From the NCBI GenBank assembly GCA_028712125.1, contig JAQTQS010000001.1:3526-67525 (forward strand): DNA of 64,000 bases. The letters are read 5' to 3'. The position numbers and the translations under genes were made by a program. Positions 25,241 to 34,493 of the stretch are shown here, piece by piece. How positions within the stretch are numbered: the stretch's first letter is position 1; each line of letters opens with the position of its first letter. This DNA is from Candidatus Altiarchaeota archaeon. Its GTDB lineage: Archaea > Altiarchaeota > Altiarchaeia > IMC4 > SCGC-AAA252-I15. The notes below the pieces were generated by a model. It did no database searches and was not told where the DNA came from. It was given only the letters and a program-made list of their open reading frames with translations.

Positions 25241-25478
25241 GTGAACCCCCCGAGCGGCAGGCTGCTTTTTTCCGGCGTTTACGCCGGGATTTGCCTGTTA
25301 GAAATAGAGTTATGCGCTTATAACGGCTTGAAAAACGTCAAGGTGATGCCGGGAGGAGGTATTATTTCTTGAAGCCATAAACTTTCAAATCATGCTGTGA
25401 TAGGGGTGTACGGACCTTTTGGGCATGCTGGGTATAAGCCTTAAGGTTTTATCAACCAAACGCCCCTTATTTATTACG

Positions 25479-26624
25479 ATGATGCGCCAGAGGAAGACGC
25501 CTGCCGGCCGTGTTGACTTGTCTGACGAGACGTTGAGGATAGAGCGTTTTATGGCCGCCGGTTGGGATAAGCCGGAGATTGCGAAAGGCTTGGACAGGGC
25601 TTTGGACACTGTGGACCGGCGTATCCGTGACTCTAGAGGCATGTCTTTCGAGAGCAGGAAGGATGTTATCGCAAGCGAAGTCTTTAAGGCGGCAGTCGGG
25701 ACGGGCAGGAGCGTAGGCAGGATATTTACCATGCTTCAGGTAGACGAGGCGAAATTGCATGAACGGCTGAGGAATGGCGCAAGCCTCATGCGAGCTCGGG
25801 ATGGAACAGCGCATAAGAGGCTGACTGCGGATGAGGCGGCCGCCACCGTAACATTGGTTGACCGCCTTATGGCCGTGGGGCTTCGGAAGGATGATTTGGC
25901 GAAATCTGTGGGCAAGAGCGTGGGAGGCCTTGAAAAACTATTTACACGGGCTGCGGGCACCAACTTCAGGACAAGGGATAATGAGATTGCGCTCGAGGTT
26001 GCTGAAGCGTCAATTCGGGCCGGCAGGACTACCAAGCAAATCCTTGAGCAGCTTGACATTGACGAGACGACTCTGAAGGACCGTTTGAAGAGGGAGGGCG
26101 TCCGTCTTGCGGACCTGCAGGAGCGCATCAAGAGAGAGATGCTGGACAAAACCCGGGCGAGTATAAGGGAGTATTTGGGCACTGAAGGATTGCAAACCCC
26201 GCAGGGAGCAGAGGGACGATGGCAGGCGATAAACGGGCAGATAGAACCAACCTTATACGCCAAAGCCTTTCACCACCTGCTTCAGGGAGGTACTGTTACA
26301 GACTTCATGAAGTCGAACGGGATTCAAAAGGATATGGCAACGCAGGTCGTGGAAGTCGTACTCCCGACAGTGAGAGCCCGCAGGCAGGAGCTCACATGGA
26401 CGGTGGACGGATTCCTCCAGCCGCCGGTGGTGACCCAGAAGGAAAAGGACGTTTTCAGGCTGGTGGCAGTGGAAAATAAAACGGACGTTGAGGCATCAAA
26501 GGCCCTCGGAGAGGACCATGCCGGCATAACCGCGATTAAGATACTCCTGCTTAAGAAAATCCCGGAGCTGACGGGACTGCTCGTTTATCACGGAAGGGCG
26601 CTGGGAGAGGAGGGAAAGCAATAA
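25479..26624 (+). CDS. hypothetical protein with at least three tandem HTH-like repeat modules
   Basis: Three modules of about 35 aa recur: RFMAAGWDKPEIAKGLDRALDTVDRRIRD, RLMAVGLRKDDLAKSVGKSVGGLEKLFTRA and ASIRAGRTTKQILEQLDIDETTLKDRLKRE. The start is uncertain; the track ORF begins at 25419. A TATA-like ccttatttatta lies at about 25461. Confidence 0.45.
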   Translation: MMRQRKTPAGRVDLSDETLRIERFMAAGWDKPEIAKGLDRALDTVDRRIRDSRGMSFESRKDVIASEVFKAAVGTGRSVGRIFTMLQVDEAKLHERLRNGASLMRARDGTAHKRLTADEAAATVTLVDRLMAVGLRKDDLAKSVGKSVGGLEKLFTRAAGTNFRTRDNEIALEVAEASIRAGRTTKQILEQLDIDETTLKDRLKREGVRLADLQERIKREMLDKTRASIREYLGTEGLQTPQGAEGRWQAINGQIEPTLYAKAFHHLLQGGTVTDFMKSNGIQKDMATQVVEVVLPTVRARRQELTWTVDGFLQPPVVTQKEKDVFRLVAVENKTDVEASKALGEDHAGITAIKILLLKKIPELTGLLVYHGRALGEEGKQ

Positions 26625-26686
26625 TAGAGGGGGTGTTAGAATCATACTGAGGCAATGATTAATAGGATAGAACGTAGTATATCGAT

Positions 26687-27364
26687 TTAGCCAACCAATT
26701 TTACTAGAAAATCTAGTGTATCTACTATTGCGGTCTTTGTTAATGTATTTTCAACGCTAGTGTCTTCGTAGTATATTATTTGGTTTCCAGTTATTTTGAG
26801 TATTGTATAATTTAGGTTCTTATCGAGTTTCTTTAGTAGTAAATCAGTTCTGTAAGGATTCATAATATTCTGAGCTTGGGTAAGGTTTGTGGTTTTTACA
26901 AAGAATTTTTCATCAAATGCTTTGCTATTTGTTTCATAATACTGGAAGTCAGTCATCTTAAATTTTGGCATACTGCGAACTTCATGGACATGACCTTTCC
27001 TGAATATTAGCGTGCTGCCATCACCAATATTCATTTTGTTTGGGAGGGTAATCTCAAGAGTTGGCTTGTATCGGCTAGTAGAAATATAATCCGTTGCCAC
27101 ATACTGCATTTTACCTTCAAATGAAAGGATAATTGTTATTGTTCTACCCTGATAGTTACCTTCTACCATTATGACTTTATTACCCTCTTGTATACTCCAC
27201 GTACCGCCTAACTCTTGAAATATCTTTCTTACATCTGTTTGAGCCTTTTGCTGTCCTTTCTTCTGCCATCTCCTTGCAAGGAGTAATATTGCAAGTACTA
27301 TGGCAACTTGTGCTATAACAGATATTACTTTCTTTAGTGTGGTTTCACCTATCAAAACAACCAT
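26687..27364 (-). CDS. hypothetical membrane-anchored protein in a small AT-rich islet
   Basis: It has one N-terminal TM helix. The low-GC segment runs about 26640-27460. Confidence 0.4.
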   Translation of the reverse strand: MVVLIGETTLKKVISVIAQVAIVLAILLLARRWQKKGQQKAQTDVRKIFQELGGTWSIQEGNKVIMVEGNYQGRTITIILSFEGKMQYVATDYISTSRYKPTLEITLPNKMNIGDGSTLIFRKGHVHEVRSMPKFKMTDFQYYETNSKAFDEKFFVKTTNLTQAQNIMNPYRTDLLLKKLDKNLNYTILKITGNQIIYYEDTSVENTLTKTAIVDTLDFLVKLVG

Positions 27365-27460
27365 TTTGATTATTCTTTTAACTTAAGAATTAAACTATGA
27401 GTATAAGCTTCAAACGGCAGAAATTTAATCTATCGTGGTTTCCCAAAGTTGTAAAAAATC

Positions 27461-28579
27461 TTATTTTCCTTTATCTTCTATCAGCTTTTTAATATTTTTC
27501 GCCCCGTCTAGTCTTTTTGCGTATTCCTTCAGTCTCTGGCAGTTTTTCCTTACAGCGCTGTCATCCAAAAGTTCCTTAATTGCGTCGCTTATCATGAACG
27601 CGGGCGTGTGGTAGCTCAGACGCCGGCCGACGTTGAGAATATCCAGCTGTTCGGCGTTGTTTGCCTGCTCGCTGTGGTTCATGTCCGGGAAGGATATGAG
27701 CGGGACGCCGTAGGTCATGCATTCCATCATGGTTGAGTGGCCGCCGGGGGCGATTACGACGTCGGTTGATTTCAGGTAGGATGCTATGTTCGGCAGGTAG
27801 TCTATTACGGTGACGTTCTTGGGGTGGTTTTTCAGCTTTTCCGGGTTTACATTCGGGCCTGCGAGCATGGTGAAATTCAGCTTCGGGTTTTCACGCGCGA
27901 CTTCCAGGAGGTTTACTAGTAGTTTTTCCCTGTAGCCGAATCCGCCGACGAGCGAGAGCACGTGCGGCCGCGCTAGTTCAGCGGCTTTCACGTCCTCGGG
28001 CTTGTTCATGACGAGCGGGCCTGAGTAGTTTAGTATCTCGCCGAGCTCTTCGACGTTGCTCTTGCAGATGGTCCAGGGCGGCGGAAAGTCGGGGATGATT
28101 ACTTTTTGCACGTTGTTGAAGACGGCGTCCATGAAATGGCGCAGGAGCTTTCCCGCGAGTTCCGCGCTCACGCCGCGGTTCTCGAAGAACTTGTAGGTGT
28201 TGGTCTGGTTTGCAATGAGATAGGCTGGGACGCCCTGCAGCTTCGCCGCGATTATCGCAAGGAAATAGCTGTCTGAGATGAGCATGTCGGGCCGGCCTTC
28301 CCGCACCTGGTTTATCACCTTGGGCAGGCCGAGCGGCTCCATATCCGTTATGGAGGCCTTCATGCTCTCGTTTATGTCGAGGGAGCCTGCTTTACCGATG
28401 AGCTTTATCTCCGAGGGTATTTCGATGGCCGGATAGCCGTTCTTTTCTATATGGCTTTTGGAGGAGCCGTAGGCGTGGAAGGTCAGTTCATGGCCGGCGT
28501 TCAGCAGTTCCTTCCCGAGAGCTAGGCATCTGGACGTGTGGCCGAGGCCTTCTCCGCACATGTAGAGCTGGATTTTCAT
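27461..28579 (-). CDS. glycosyltransferase, GT1/GT28 (MGT/MurG-like UDP-sugar transferase) family
   Basis: The N-terminus is GEGLGHTSRCLALGKEL. The C-terminal donor-binding region GGHSTMMECMTYGVPLISFP...EQ..NA matches the GT-B UDP-glycosyltransferase pattern. Confidence 0.65.
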   Translation of the reverse strand: MKIQLYMCGEGLGHTSRCLALGKELLNAGHELTFHAYGSSKSHIEKNGYPAIEIPSEIKLIGKAGSLDINESMKASITDMEPLGLPKVINQVREGRPDMLISDSYFLAIIAAKLQGVPAYLIANQTNTYKFFENRGVSAELAGKLLRHFMDAVFNNVQKVIIPDFPPPWTICKSNVEELGEILNYSGPLVMNKPEDVKAAELARPHVLSLVGGFGYREKLLVNLLEVARENPKLNFTMLAGPNVNPEKLKNHPKNVTVIDYLPNIASYLKSTDVVIAPGGHSTMMECMTYGVPLISFPDMNHSEQANNAEQLDILNVGRRLSYHTPAFMISDAIKELLDDSAVRKNCQRLKEYAKRLDGAKNIKKLIEDKGK

Positions 28580-28741
28580 CTGGGTTTCTTGTTTATTCTA
28601 TTGTATTAACGGATTTATTAGGCGGGTTTCGTGAATGAACTATGAGTAGGGGGGGATGTCCCGGTTGGTTTACTATCTTGGCCTTGATGGTTGTCATCGC
28701 TTGCGGGTGCTTTCCGGCATTTTTCTGCCAGTCCTGCGTAA

Positions 28742-30379
28742 TTGTTTACATTGAAAAGGGAAGTGCATAGACCGGCAGGGGAGATTATCGCGCGCGGGCA
28801 GTTGGACGGCCAGCTGTCGATTCAGGGTTTGGTCGACCCCATATCTACTTGGGAGTTGAAGGTGAGGAATCTTGGCGCAAAACGCCTTCTTACGATAAGC
28901 AAGCCGGACCCTGCTCCGCAGGATGTTATGCGGTTTTTTGACGAGACGCCGCACCCGGCCGTGATGGAGGATTCGGGCTCACGCCTGCTGCAGGGCTCCA
29001 GGGCTTTAAGGGAGCGTCTGGTCGAGGTGGACAGGAAGTTCGGCACTGACTATTCCAAGGACGACGCTGACCGGCTTTATCTCACCGAAGGGGTCTCAGG
29101 CGCGCTCAGTTTCACATTAAGCCTTTTTAGCGGCTCCGATGTGCTAATCCAGCGGCCGGGGTGGGGTACGGTGTACACGATGGCCCGTGTCGTGGGCTGT
29201 AATCCCGTTCCCTGCGACTTGTTCGAGGGCGGCGTCTTCAACCCGGAGAAGGCGGACTCTGCTGTGACGAAGAGGACGAAGGCCGTTTTCATGAACATGC
29301 CGTCTAATCCTGAGGGCATGATACTGCCCGACGGCGAGGTCAGGAAGTTCGCTGAATACTGCGTCGACAGGAAGCTTCATGTCGTAAGCGACGAGGTCTA
29401 CAAATACCTCCGTTACGTGGGGAGGAACTACAGCCCGCTGAACGCCCCCGGAGCCTCCGAGAATGTGACGGTCGTCTCCAGCATGAGCAAGGTTTACGGC
29501 GAGAAAGCAAAGCCGGGCTATGCCAGGCTTTCACCCGCACTGCTCAGGGAGGCGGGACGGGACCGGATAGCCGACGCCTTCGGGAAGATGAACCAGACAC
29601 CGTCTCCGGAATCACAGTCCTCCCTGCTGAATGCGATAGAACACCACGAGGATTTGGCATTCATGTACAGGATTGTTGACGGCTATTTCCACAAGACCAG
29701 TTTCATGGCAGACTACCTGGAAGGCTTGGGCTGCACGGTGCCCTACAGGCCGAATGCCGGCTATTTCGTGTTCGCCAGGGCGCCGGAGGGCATGGACGGC
29801 GCGTCGTTCGTCGAGCGGATGGCCGGCGAGAGGGGTGTCGGCATGCTGCCGGGCGTGTGCTTCGGCGGAGGCGACCGCAGGTACGATGATTATTTCAGGG
29901 TTTCGCTCGGCGACGGCGTCACATACAGGGAACTGGACAAACTGCTGGGCGATGCCCTGCCGGACACCAAGGTTGCAGGCGCCATTGTCAAGCCTGATTT
30001 GACAGGCAAAACGGTTTTTAATGGCGTTAAGCTGGAGCGCGGGAGGAAGGATGTCACAATCACCAGCTCGTCAATGATACACCCGAAAAACGTCGGCTGG
30101 GTGGTAAAACAGGGAATAACCGACATAATCTCACTTGAGCCGATGCAGGCCGGCACGAAGACCGCGCTCGCAAGCCGCGGGGTAAAAACCTATGATTTCC
30201 CTGTTAGAGACGACACGGACGTCGTGTTTGGCGAGAGCGATGTTAGAAGCCTGGTTGGCCTTGTGAAGGGCATACTCGAAAAAAACCAGAAAGGCAGCAT
30301 ACTCATACACTGCGAGCACTGCAACAACCGGACGCCTGAGGCCATAAGGGTGCTCACAAGAGAGCTAGGCCGAAAGTAA
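28742..30379 (+). CDS. fusion protein: class I/II PLP aminotransferase-like domain plus C-terminal dual-specificity/tyrosine phosphatase-like domain
   Basis: Aminotransferase-fold motifs are NMPSNPEG, SDEVYKY and SMSK (the Schiff-base Lys is present). The C-terminal ~150 aa have FPVRDDTD (general acid) and HCEHCNNRT (a CX5R P-loop with Gly replaced by Cys). The N-terminal start is uncertain; MRFF at about 28931 is possible. Confidence 0.5.
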   Translation: MFTLKREVHRPAGEIIARGQLDGQLSIQGLVDPISTWELKVRNLGAKRLLTISKPDPAPQDVMRFFDETPHPAVMEDSGSRLLQGSRALRERLVEVDRKFGTDYSKDDADRLYLTEGVSGALSFTLSLFSGSDVLIQRPGWGTVYTMARVVGCNPVPCDLFEGGVFNPEKADSAVTKRTKAVFMNMPSNPEGMILPDGEVRKFAEYCVDRKLHVVSDEVYKYLRYVGRNYSPLNAPGASENVTVVSSMSKVYGEKAKPGYARLSPALLREAGRDRIADAFGKMNQTPSPESQSSLLNAIEHHEDLAFMYRIVDGYFHKTSFMADYLEGLGCTVPYRPNAGYFVFARAPEGMDGASFVERMAGERGVGMLPGVCFGGGDRRYDDYFRVSLGDGVTYRELDKLLGDALPDTKVAGAIVKPDLTGKTVFNGVKLERGRKDVTITSSSMIHPKNVGWVVKQGITDIISLEPMQAGTKTALASRGVKTYDFPVRDDTDVVFGESDVRSLVGLVKGILEKNQKGSILIHCEHCNNRTPEAIRVLTRELGRK

Positions 30380-30428
30380 CATGCAAGACGCAAGACTGAC
30401 GCCAAGCAACAGCGGAAAAGCTTACCGC

Positions 30429-31073
30429 CTATTTCACCCTCTCATGTTGTTTCAATGCCCTTGCTATGTCCAAGGGGCCGCCGGCCTGCTTGTATGTTTG
30501 TCCGAGCCTTTCCATGGTTTCCCTTCCTTCGGTAATCAGGCCTGACGGGAATTCCGCACTAAACGGATTTTTCGGCCTTGCCACCGCCCTGTCGAAGTGG
30601 TTTAGCACGCTTTGCGTTATTATGTCGGCCGTCAGCCCTCTTTGAACCAGCTCGGCCAGACTGATGTTCTGTGAACGCCTGAAATCGGCGGTCCCTAGTT
30701 TGAATTTTATGGGCAGGCGCCTGTCCAATTGCGCTTCGGCAAACACGTACCAAGATCCTTCCGGCGGGTTTTCCATCGCCCCCTCGGGAACAATCTTGTA
30801 GTCATACTTCACGGACCTTGCCTTGTCGAGTGGGAACTGCTGGCCGCTGCCCTGCTCGGGTACGACAACCGCCACCACCAGAGGCTGCCGCGGGCGGTTA
30901 TTCAGGCGAGTGTGGGCTATGAAGTATAATGCTTTCTCCCAGTCCGGAGAGTTGGCGAATTCAGCTAACGATTGCATGCGGGGTGCGACCCCAAGAGCTG
31001 CAACTTTCTCTGTGACTTGGGCGTCAGGTCCCGTCGGGCTGACCTTTATCTGCCTTCTCTGCTCTTGCGCCAT
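30429..31073 (-). CDS. hypothetical protein
   Basis: The ORF is clean with no motif. The internal start MAQEQRR at 31073 is preferred over the track start at 31151. Confidence 0.35.
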   Translation of the reverse strand: MAQEQRRQIKVSPTGPDAQVTEKVAALGVAPRMQSLAEFANSPDWEKALYFIAHTRLNNRPRQPLVVAVVVPEQGSGQQFPLDKARSVKYDYKIVPEGAMENPPEGSWYVFAEAQLDRRLPIKFKLGTADFRRSQNISLAELVQRGLTADIITQSVLNHFDRAVARPKNPFSAEFPSGLITEGRETMERLGQTYKQAGGPLDIARALKQHERVK

Positions 31074-31217
31074 CAATAATATACATGGGGTTAATGTTAA
31101 TAAGCATGCACGGCGGCGTGACGCGCGATTTGGCTTTATAGGAGTTCGCATATGGCTTTGACTCGCTTTCGCCTTTCCATGGGGGTATATTAAACCGTCC
31201 GGCCTGTATCTTATTGT

Positions 31218-32105
31218 ATGGCATCTGTCAGGCGCGTCGAGCCGAGGGGGGAGTTTGTCTCAAGGCTTGACGGCAGGGTTGACGAGGTCTTGAAGAGCAA
31301 TTTCCCGGACGGCATCGGGTTTTCCTCGGTTGCGGACAGCGAGCGCAAGAGAAGCGGGTTAAGCGTTGGCGTCCTCCGGTTCGTGAGGGAAAGCCTCGGC
31401 CTGTCGGCAGACACCGTCGGGCCAAAAGGGCTCGCTATTCTAAGAGAAGTCGAATCGCAGGACAACCGGCTGGGATGGATGGGGGGCGCGTTCGGGATGA
31501 TTCTCCATGCCGGCCTTATTATGAACGACCCCAAACCCGATGTAGCCAGGCGGTTTTTCGAGACTATTAGGGACGACCTTGCAAAGTACGGCGACATATA
31601 CCCAGACCCCACGAAGAGGAGGCTTGCCGCGGCCGTCAACGGAAAGCTGGGCGAACTGGGCAGCATGCAATTGGACGACGTCATGGCGGACCCGGTCGTG
31701 GGAGAGCTTCTCAATGCTTCCAAGGCTCTCAGCGAGCGGAAGGTCGAGTCCGTCATCGGCGGCGACTCAAAGGAGTACTATGAGAGGTTCAAACTCGGCA
31801 TGAGGGCTGCGGGCGGCAAGGTGAGGGCGCACGCCCCGCCGTTTGAGAGGCAGACAGGCGATAAAGACCAGCTGATAAGCGTGATAGAAAGAAGGCCCGA
31901 CGCCGAGGTCGGCGCTGTGGCGGACTTCGAAAAACTAAAGGGGGAACACCCGCCGGATTCGTCAATAAAATTCAGGGATTACAGCAGGGAGTTCATATAC
32001 CTCGAGCAATGGGAGGGGGCCGTCGCCTCACGCAGGATGAACCAGGCGAGGAGGATAATACCAAAGGCCGACGCCGCAGAGGTCGAGAGGAACCTGTTGG
32101 CGTAA
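31218..32105 (+). CDS. hypothetical protein
   Basis: This 295-aa ORF has GC-rich codon usage consistent with its neighbours. No motif was found. Confidence 0.35.
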   Translation: MASVRRVEPRGEFVSRLDGRVDEVLKSNFPDGIGFSSVADSERKRSGLSVGVLRFVRESLGLSADTVGPKGLAILREVESQDNRLGWMGGAFGMILHAGLIMNDPKPDVARRFFETIRDDLAKYGDIYPDPTKRRLAAAVNGKLGELGSMQLDDVMADPVVGELLNASKALSERKVESVIGGDSKEYYERFKLGMRAAGGKVRAHAPPFERQTGDKDQLISVIERRPDAEVGAVADFEKLKGEHPPDSSIKFRDYSREFIYLEQWEGAVASRRMNQARRIIPKADAAEVERNLLA

Positions 32106-32394
32106 CGCTCTTGGGCGCGGGAAGCCTTGAGGCCGCACTTAAGGCCGGGAAAGGCTGCTGAGACGGTCTCGATGGCGGACAGGGGTGCCGACATATCCAT
32201 CATGGACTTTTACCGCCTCCATCCGGACGGCGCCACCATAGAGAAACGGCAGGAGTACATAGCATCAACCAAAGGCGTCGGCATGCCGAAAGGCCACGTC
32301 CTGTTCTCGACCCACTGGGTTACGATGGATGCCGAAGGCCGGCTTAAGTACGGCCAGGAGTCGAGGAACGTGCCTAAAGAAAAGTTGAGGTAGG

Positions 32395-32934
32395 TTAGTG
32401 TCTTGTTTCTCTTATTTTTTTCGCAAGCGCAAGTAAGCCAGTGAGTATCTGTTTCGGCGTCGGGGGGTTGCCGGGTATCTTCAGGTCTACCGGGAGTATC
32501 TTGTCGGCCCCGCCGAGGACTGCATAAGTGCCTTTGTAGATTCCGCCGTCGCATGCGTCGTCCCCGACCGCGATTACGAACTTCGGGCCGGGCATGGCGT
32601 CGTATGTCTTTTTGGCCGCTATTGCCATGTTGTGCGTCACCGCGCCGGTTACGATGAGTACGTCGGCGTGGCGCGGCGATGCGACGAAGGTTATGCCATA
32701 GCGTTCGATGTCGTAGTGCGGCGTTGTCAGGTTAACTAGCTCTATCTCCGCTGCGTTGTCGCTTCCGGTGTCAAGCTCGCGTATTGCGAGGCTGCGGCCG
32801 AATATAGCGTCCGCTTCCTTTTTCAGCTTGATGCCGAGTCGTTCGAATTCCCCGTCACTGATTGCGAACGATTCCGTCTTCTTCGGCCTTAATAGCCTTG
32901 CTAGCGTGTTTTCCATTTTATCTAAAGGTCGCAT
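32395..32934 (-). CDS. NuoB / [NiFe]-hydrogenase small-subunit-like protein lacking the Fe-S cluster cysteines (Ehr-type)
   Basis: RHADVLIVTGAVTHNMAIAAKKTYDAMPGPKFVIAVGDDACDGGIY aligns with NuoB RQSDLMIVAGTVT...[20 protein letters not shown]. The CC motif is absent and PGCPP has become PGNPP. Confidence 0.65.
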   Translation of the reverse strand: MRPLDKMENTLARLLRPKKTESFAISDGEFERLGIKLKKEADAIFGRSLAIRELDTGSDNAAEIELVNLTTPHYDIERYGITFVASPRHADVLIVTGAVTHNMAIAAKKTYDAMPGPKFVIAVGDDACDGGIYKGTYAVLGGADKILPVDLKIPGNPPTPKQILTGLLALAKKIRETRH

Positions 32935-34493
32935 CCTGCGTATGAGAGGTTTAGGCTCTTGTTTATGAGCGGGAAGTCCGGCACAATGTTCCCGAGGACC
33001 GCGTGCTCTATCGCCTGCCAGTTGCAGTAGGACGCCGTCCGTATCTTATAGCGGTCTATCAGGCCGTCTTTGATGGACACGTAGTGGAGATTCTGGCCGC
33101 GTGCTGATTCCACGAGCGCGAGCGCGTGGCCGTCAGCTACCGGCTGCAGGGATAATATTTCGCCTTCCGGCATTTCCTTTATCGACTTTTTTATGATTCT
33201 TGCAGAATCGTTTATCTCGTGGAGCTTGAGCTCGAACCTTGAGAGGACGTCGCCGCCGTCGGAAGTCTTCAAGTCCGGCTTGATTGCGCCGTAAGTGCCG
33301 TAGGGGTGGTCTATGCGCGTGTCTGCCGGCGTTCCTGACGCTCGGGCTATCGGGCCGGTCAGGTTGAGCGGCTCGATTAGCTCTTTTTTGATTAAGCCCG
33401 TCTTTTCAAGGCGGTCTATGACTGTCGTGTGGGATTTGCAGTGTTCGGCGGCTTTGGCGAGCCGGCCTGTGAAGGAGTCAATGAATAGGGATGTTTCCCT
33501 GAGGCGCGAATCGTCGATGTCTCTTGCAAGCCCGCCTATCGTTATGGCGTTTTTCATGAACCTAGAGCCTGTGAGCCTTTCGTTCTGGCGCAGCGCCTCC
33601 TCGCGCAGGACGTAGAAATCGCTCGCCCCGGCCGGGTATGCGACATCGGTTATGATGCCGGCAACGTCGCCGAGCAGCGAGTACATGCGCTCCATCTCCA
33701 GTAGTATTGTGCGAAGGTATTGCGCTCTCTCAGGCACGGCAATCCCGGATATTTTCTCCACCGCCGTGCAATACGCGACCGAGTTCGTGACAGTCTCGTC
33801 GCCGCTGATTGACTCCGAGATTCTGACGCAGTCCTGCGGCCGCAGGCCTTCGGCCAGCTTTTCAATCCCCCGGTGGGTGTAGAACATGCGCACCTCAAGG
33901 TTGAAGATGGTCTCCCCGATGACGCTGAACCGGAAATGGCCGGGCTCGATTATGCCAGCGTGCACGGGGCCTACTGGGATTTCGTATACTCCTTCGCCTT
34001 CGACTTTTTTGAATTTGTATTCCTGTTCGGGAGGTATATTCGCATTGGTTTGTATGTCTGCGTTCTTGAAGGATTTAAGCAGGGGGTGGAAGTTCTCGGG
34101 ATAACCTTCGTGCAGGAAAAGCCGCCGTTTGTCGAATGCGTCCTCGAACTCTACTCCGAAGCCGTCGCGAATCTCCCGCTCGTACCAGCATGCCGACGGG
34201 AACGTTTCGGCGATGGACGACGCCCTGCCGCCGGCCGCATCGCGCGCAAGGACGAGAATTTCAGGAGCGCCGCGCTTTTCAAAGACGTAGAGCAGCGTGA
34301 AGGATGCGCGGCCTTCGAAACCTTGGACGCAGAACAGGCTGATTAGTATGAAGCTCTCTTTGGACAACGTCTGGATTGTGCTGTCGAACGCGCCTTCATG
34401 GACGTTCGCGTACAGCTCGCCGTTCCTGCCGGCCCGTATCCCCGATATCCCGCCTTCCAGCAGGCTTTCTATGCGTCTTTTAAGTTCGTCCAT
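32922..34493 (-). CDS. fused NuoC-NuoD / hydrogenase large-subunit-like protein without [NiFe]-binding cysteines
   Basis: The N-terminus is a 30-kDa-subunit-like domain and the C-terminus a 49-kDa/HycE-like domain (GPVHAGIIEPGHFRF). The N-terminal RxCGxC motif has Ser in place of Cys (RISESISGDE). The protein ends YAGCDL rather than DPCxxCxxH. Confidence 0.65.
   Translation of the reverse strand: MDELKRRIESLLEGGISGIRAGRNGELYANVHEGAFDSTIQTLSKESFILISLFCVQGFEGRASFTLLYVFEKRGAPEILVLARDAAGGRASSIAETFPSACWYEREIRDGFGVEFEDAFDKRRLFLHEGYPENFHPLLKSFKNADIQTNANIPPEQEYKFKKVEGEGVYEIPVGPVHAGIIEPGHFRFSVIGETIFNLEVRMFYTHRGIEKLAEGLRPQDCVRISESISGDETVTNSVAYCTAVEKISGIAVPERAQYLRTILLEMERMYSLLGDVAGIITDVAYPAGASDFYVLREEALRQNERLTGSRFMKNAITIGGLARDIDDSRLRETSLFIDSFTGRLAKAAEHCKSHTTVIDRLEKTGLIKKELIEPLNLTGPIARASGTPADTRIDHPYGTYGAIKPDLKTSDGGDVLSRFELKLHEINDSARIIKKSIKEMPEGEILSLQPVADGHALALVESARGQNLHYVSIKDGLIDRYKIRTASYCNWQAIEHAVLGNIVPDFPLINKSLNLSYAGCDL

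Noticed and set aside
30429-31151. N-terminal 26 codons of the minus-strand ORF (MRTPIKPNRASRRRAC...)
   Set aside because: This Arg-rich extension overlaps the divergent promoter region. An internal Met followed by a plausible N-terminus (MAQEQRRQIKV) is more likely, although this is unresolved.
32922-34493. Calling the NuoCD-like gene a [NiFe]-hydrogenase large subunit
   Set aside because: Both Cys pairs that ligate the NiFe centre are absent: the N-terminal motif is RISESIS and the C-terminus ends YAGCDL. An Ehr/complex-I-like non-hydrogenase assignment is more defensible.
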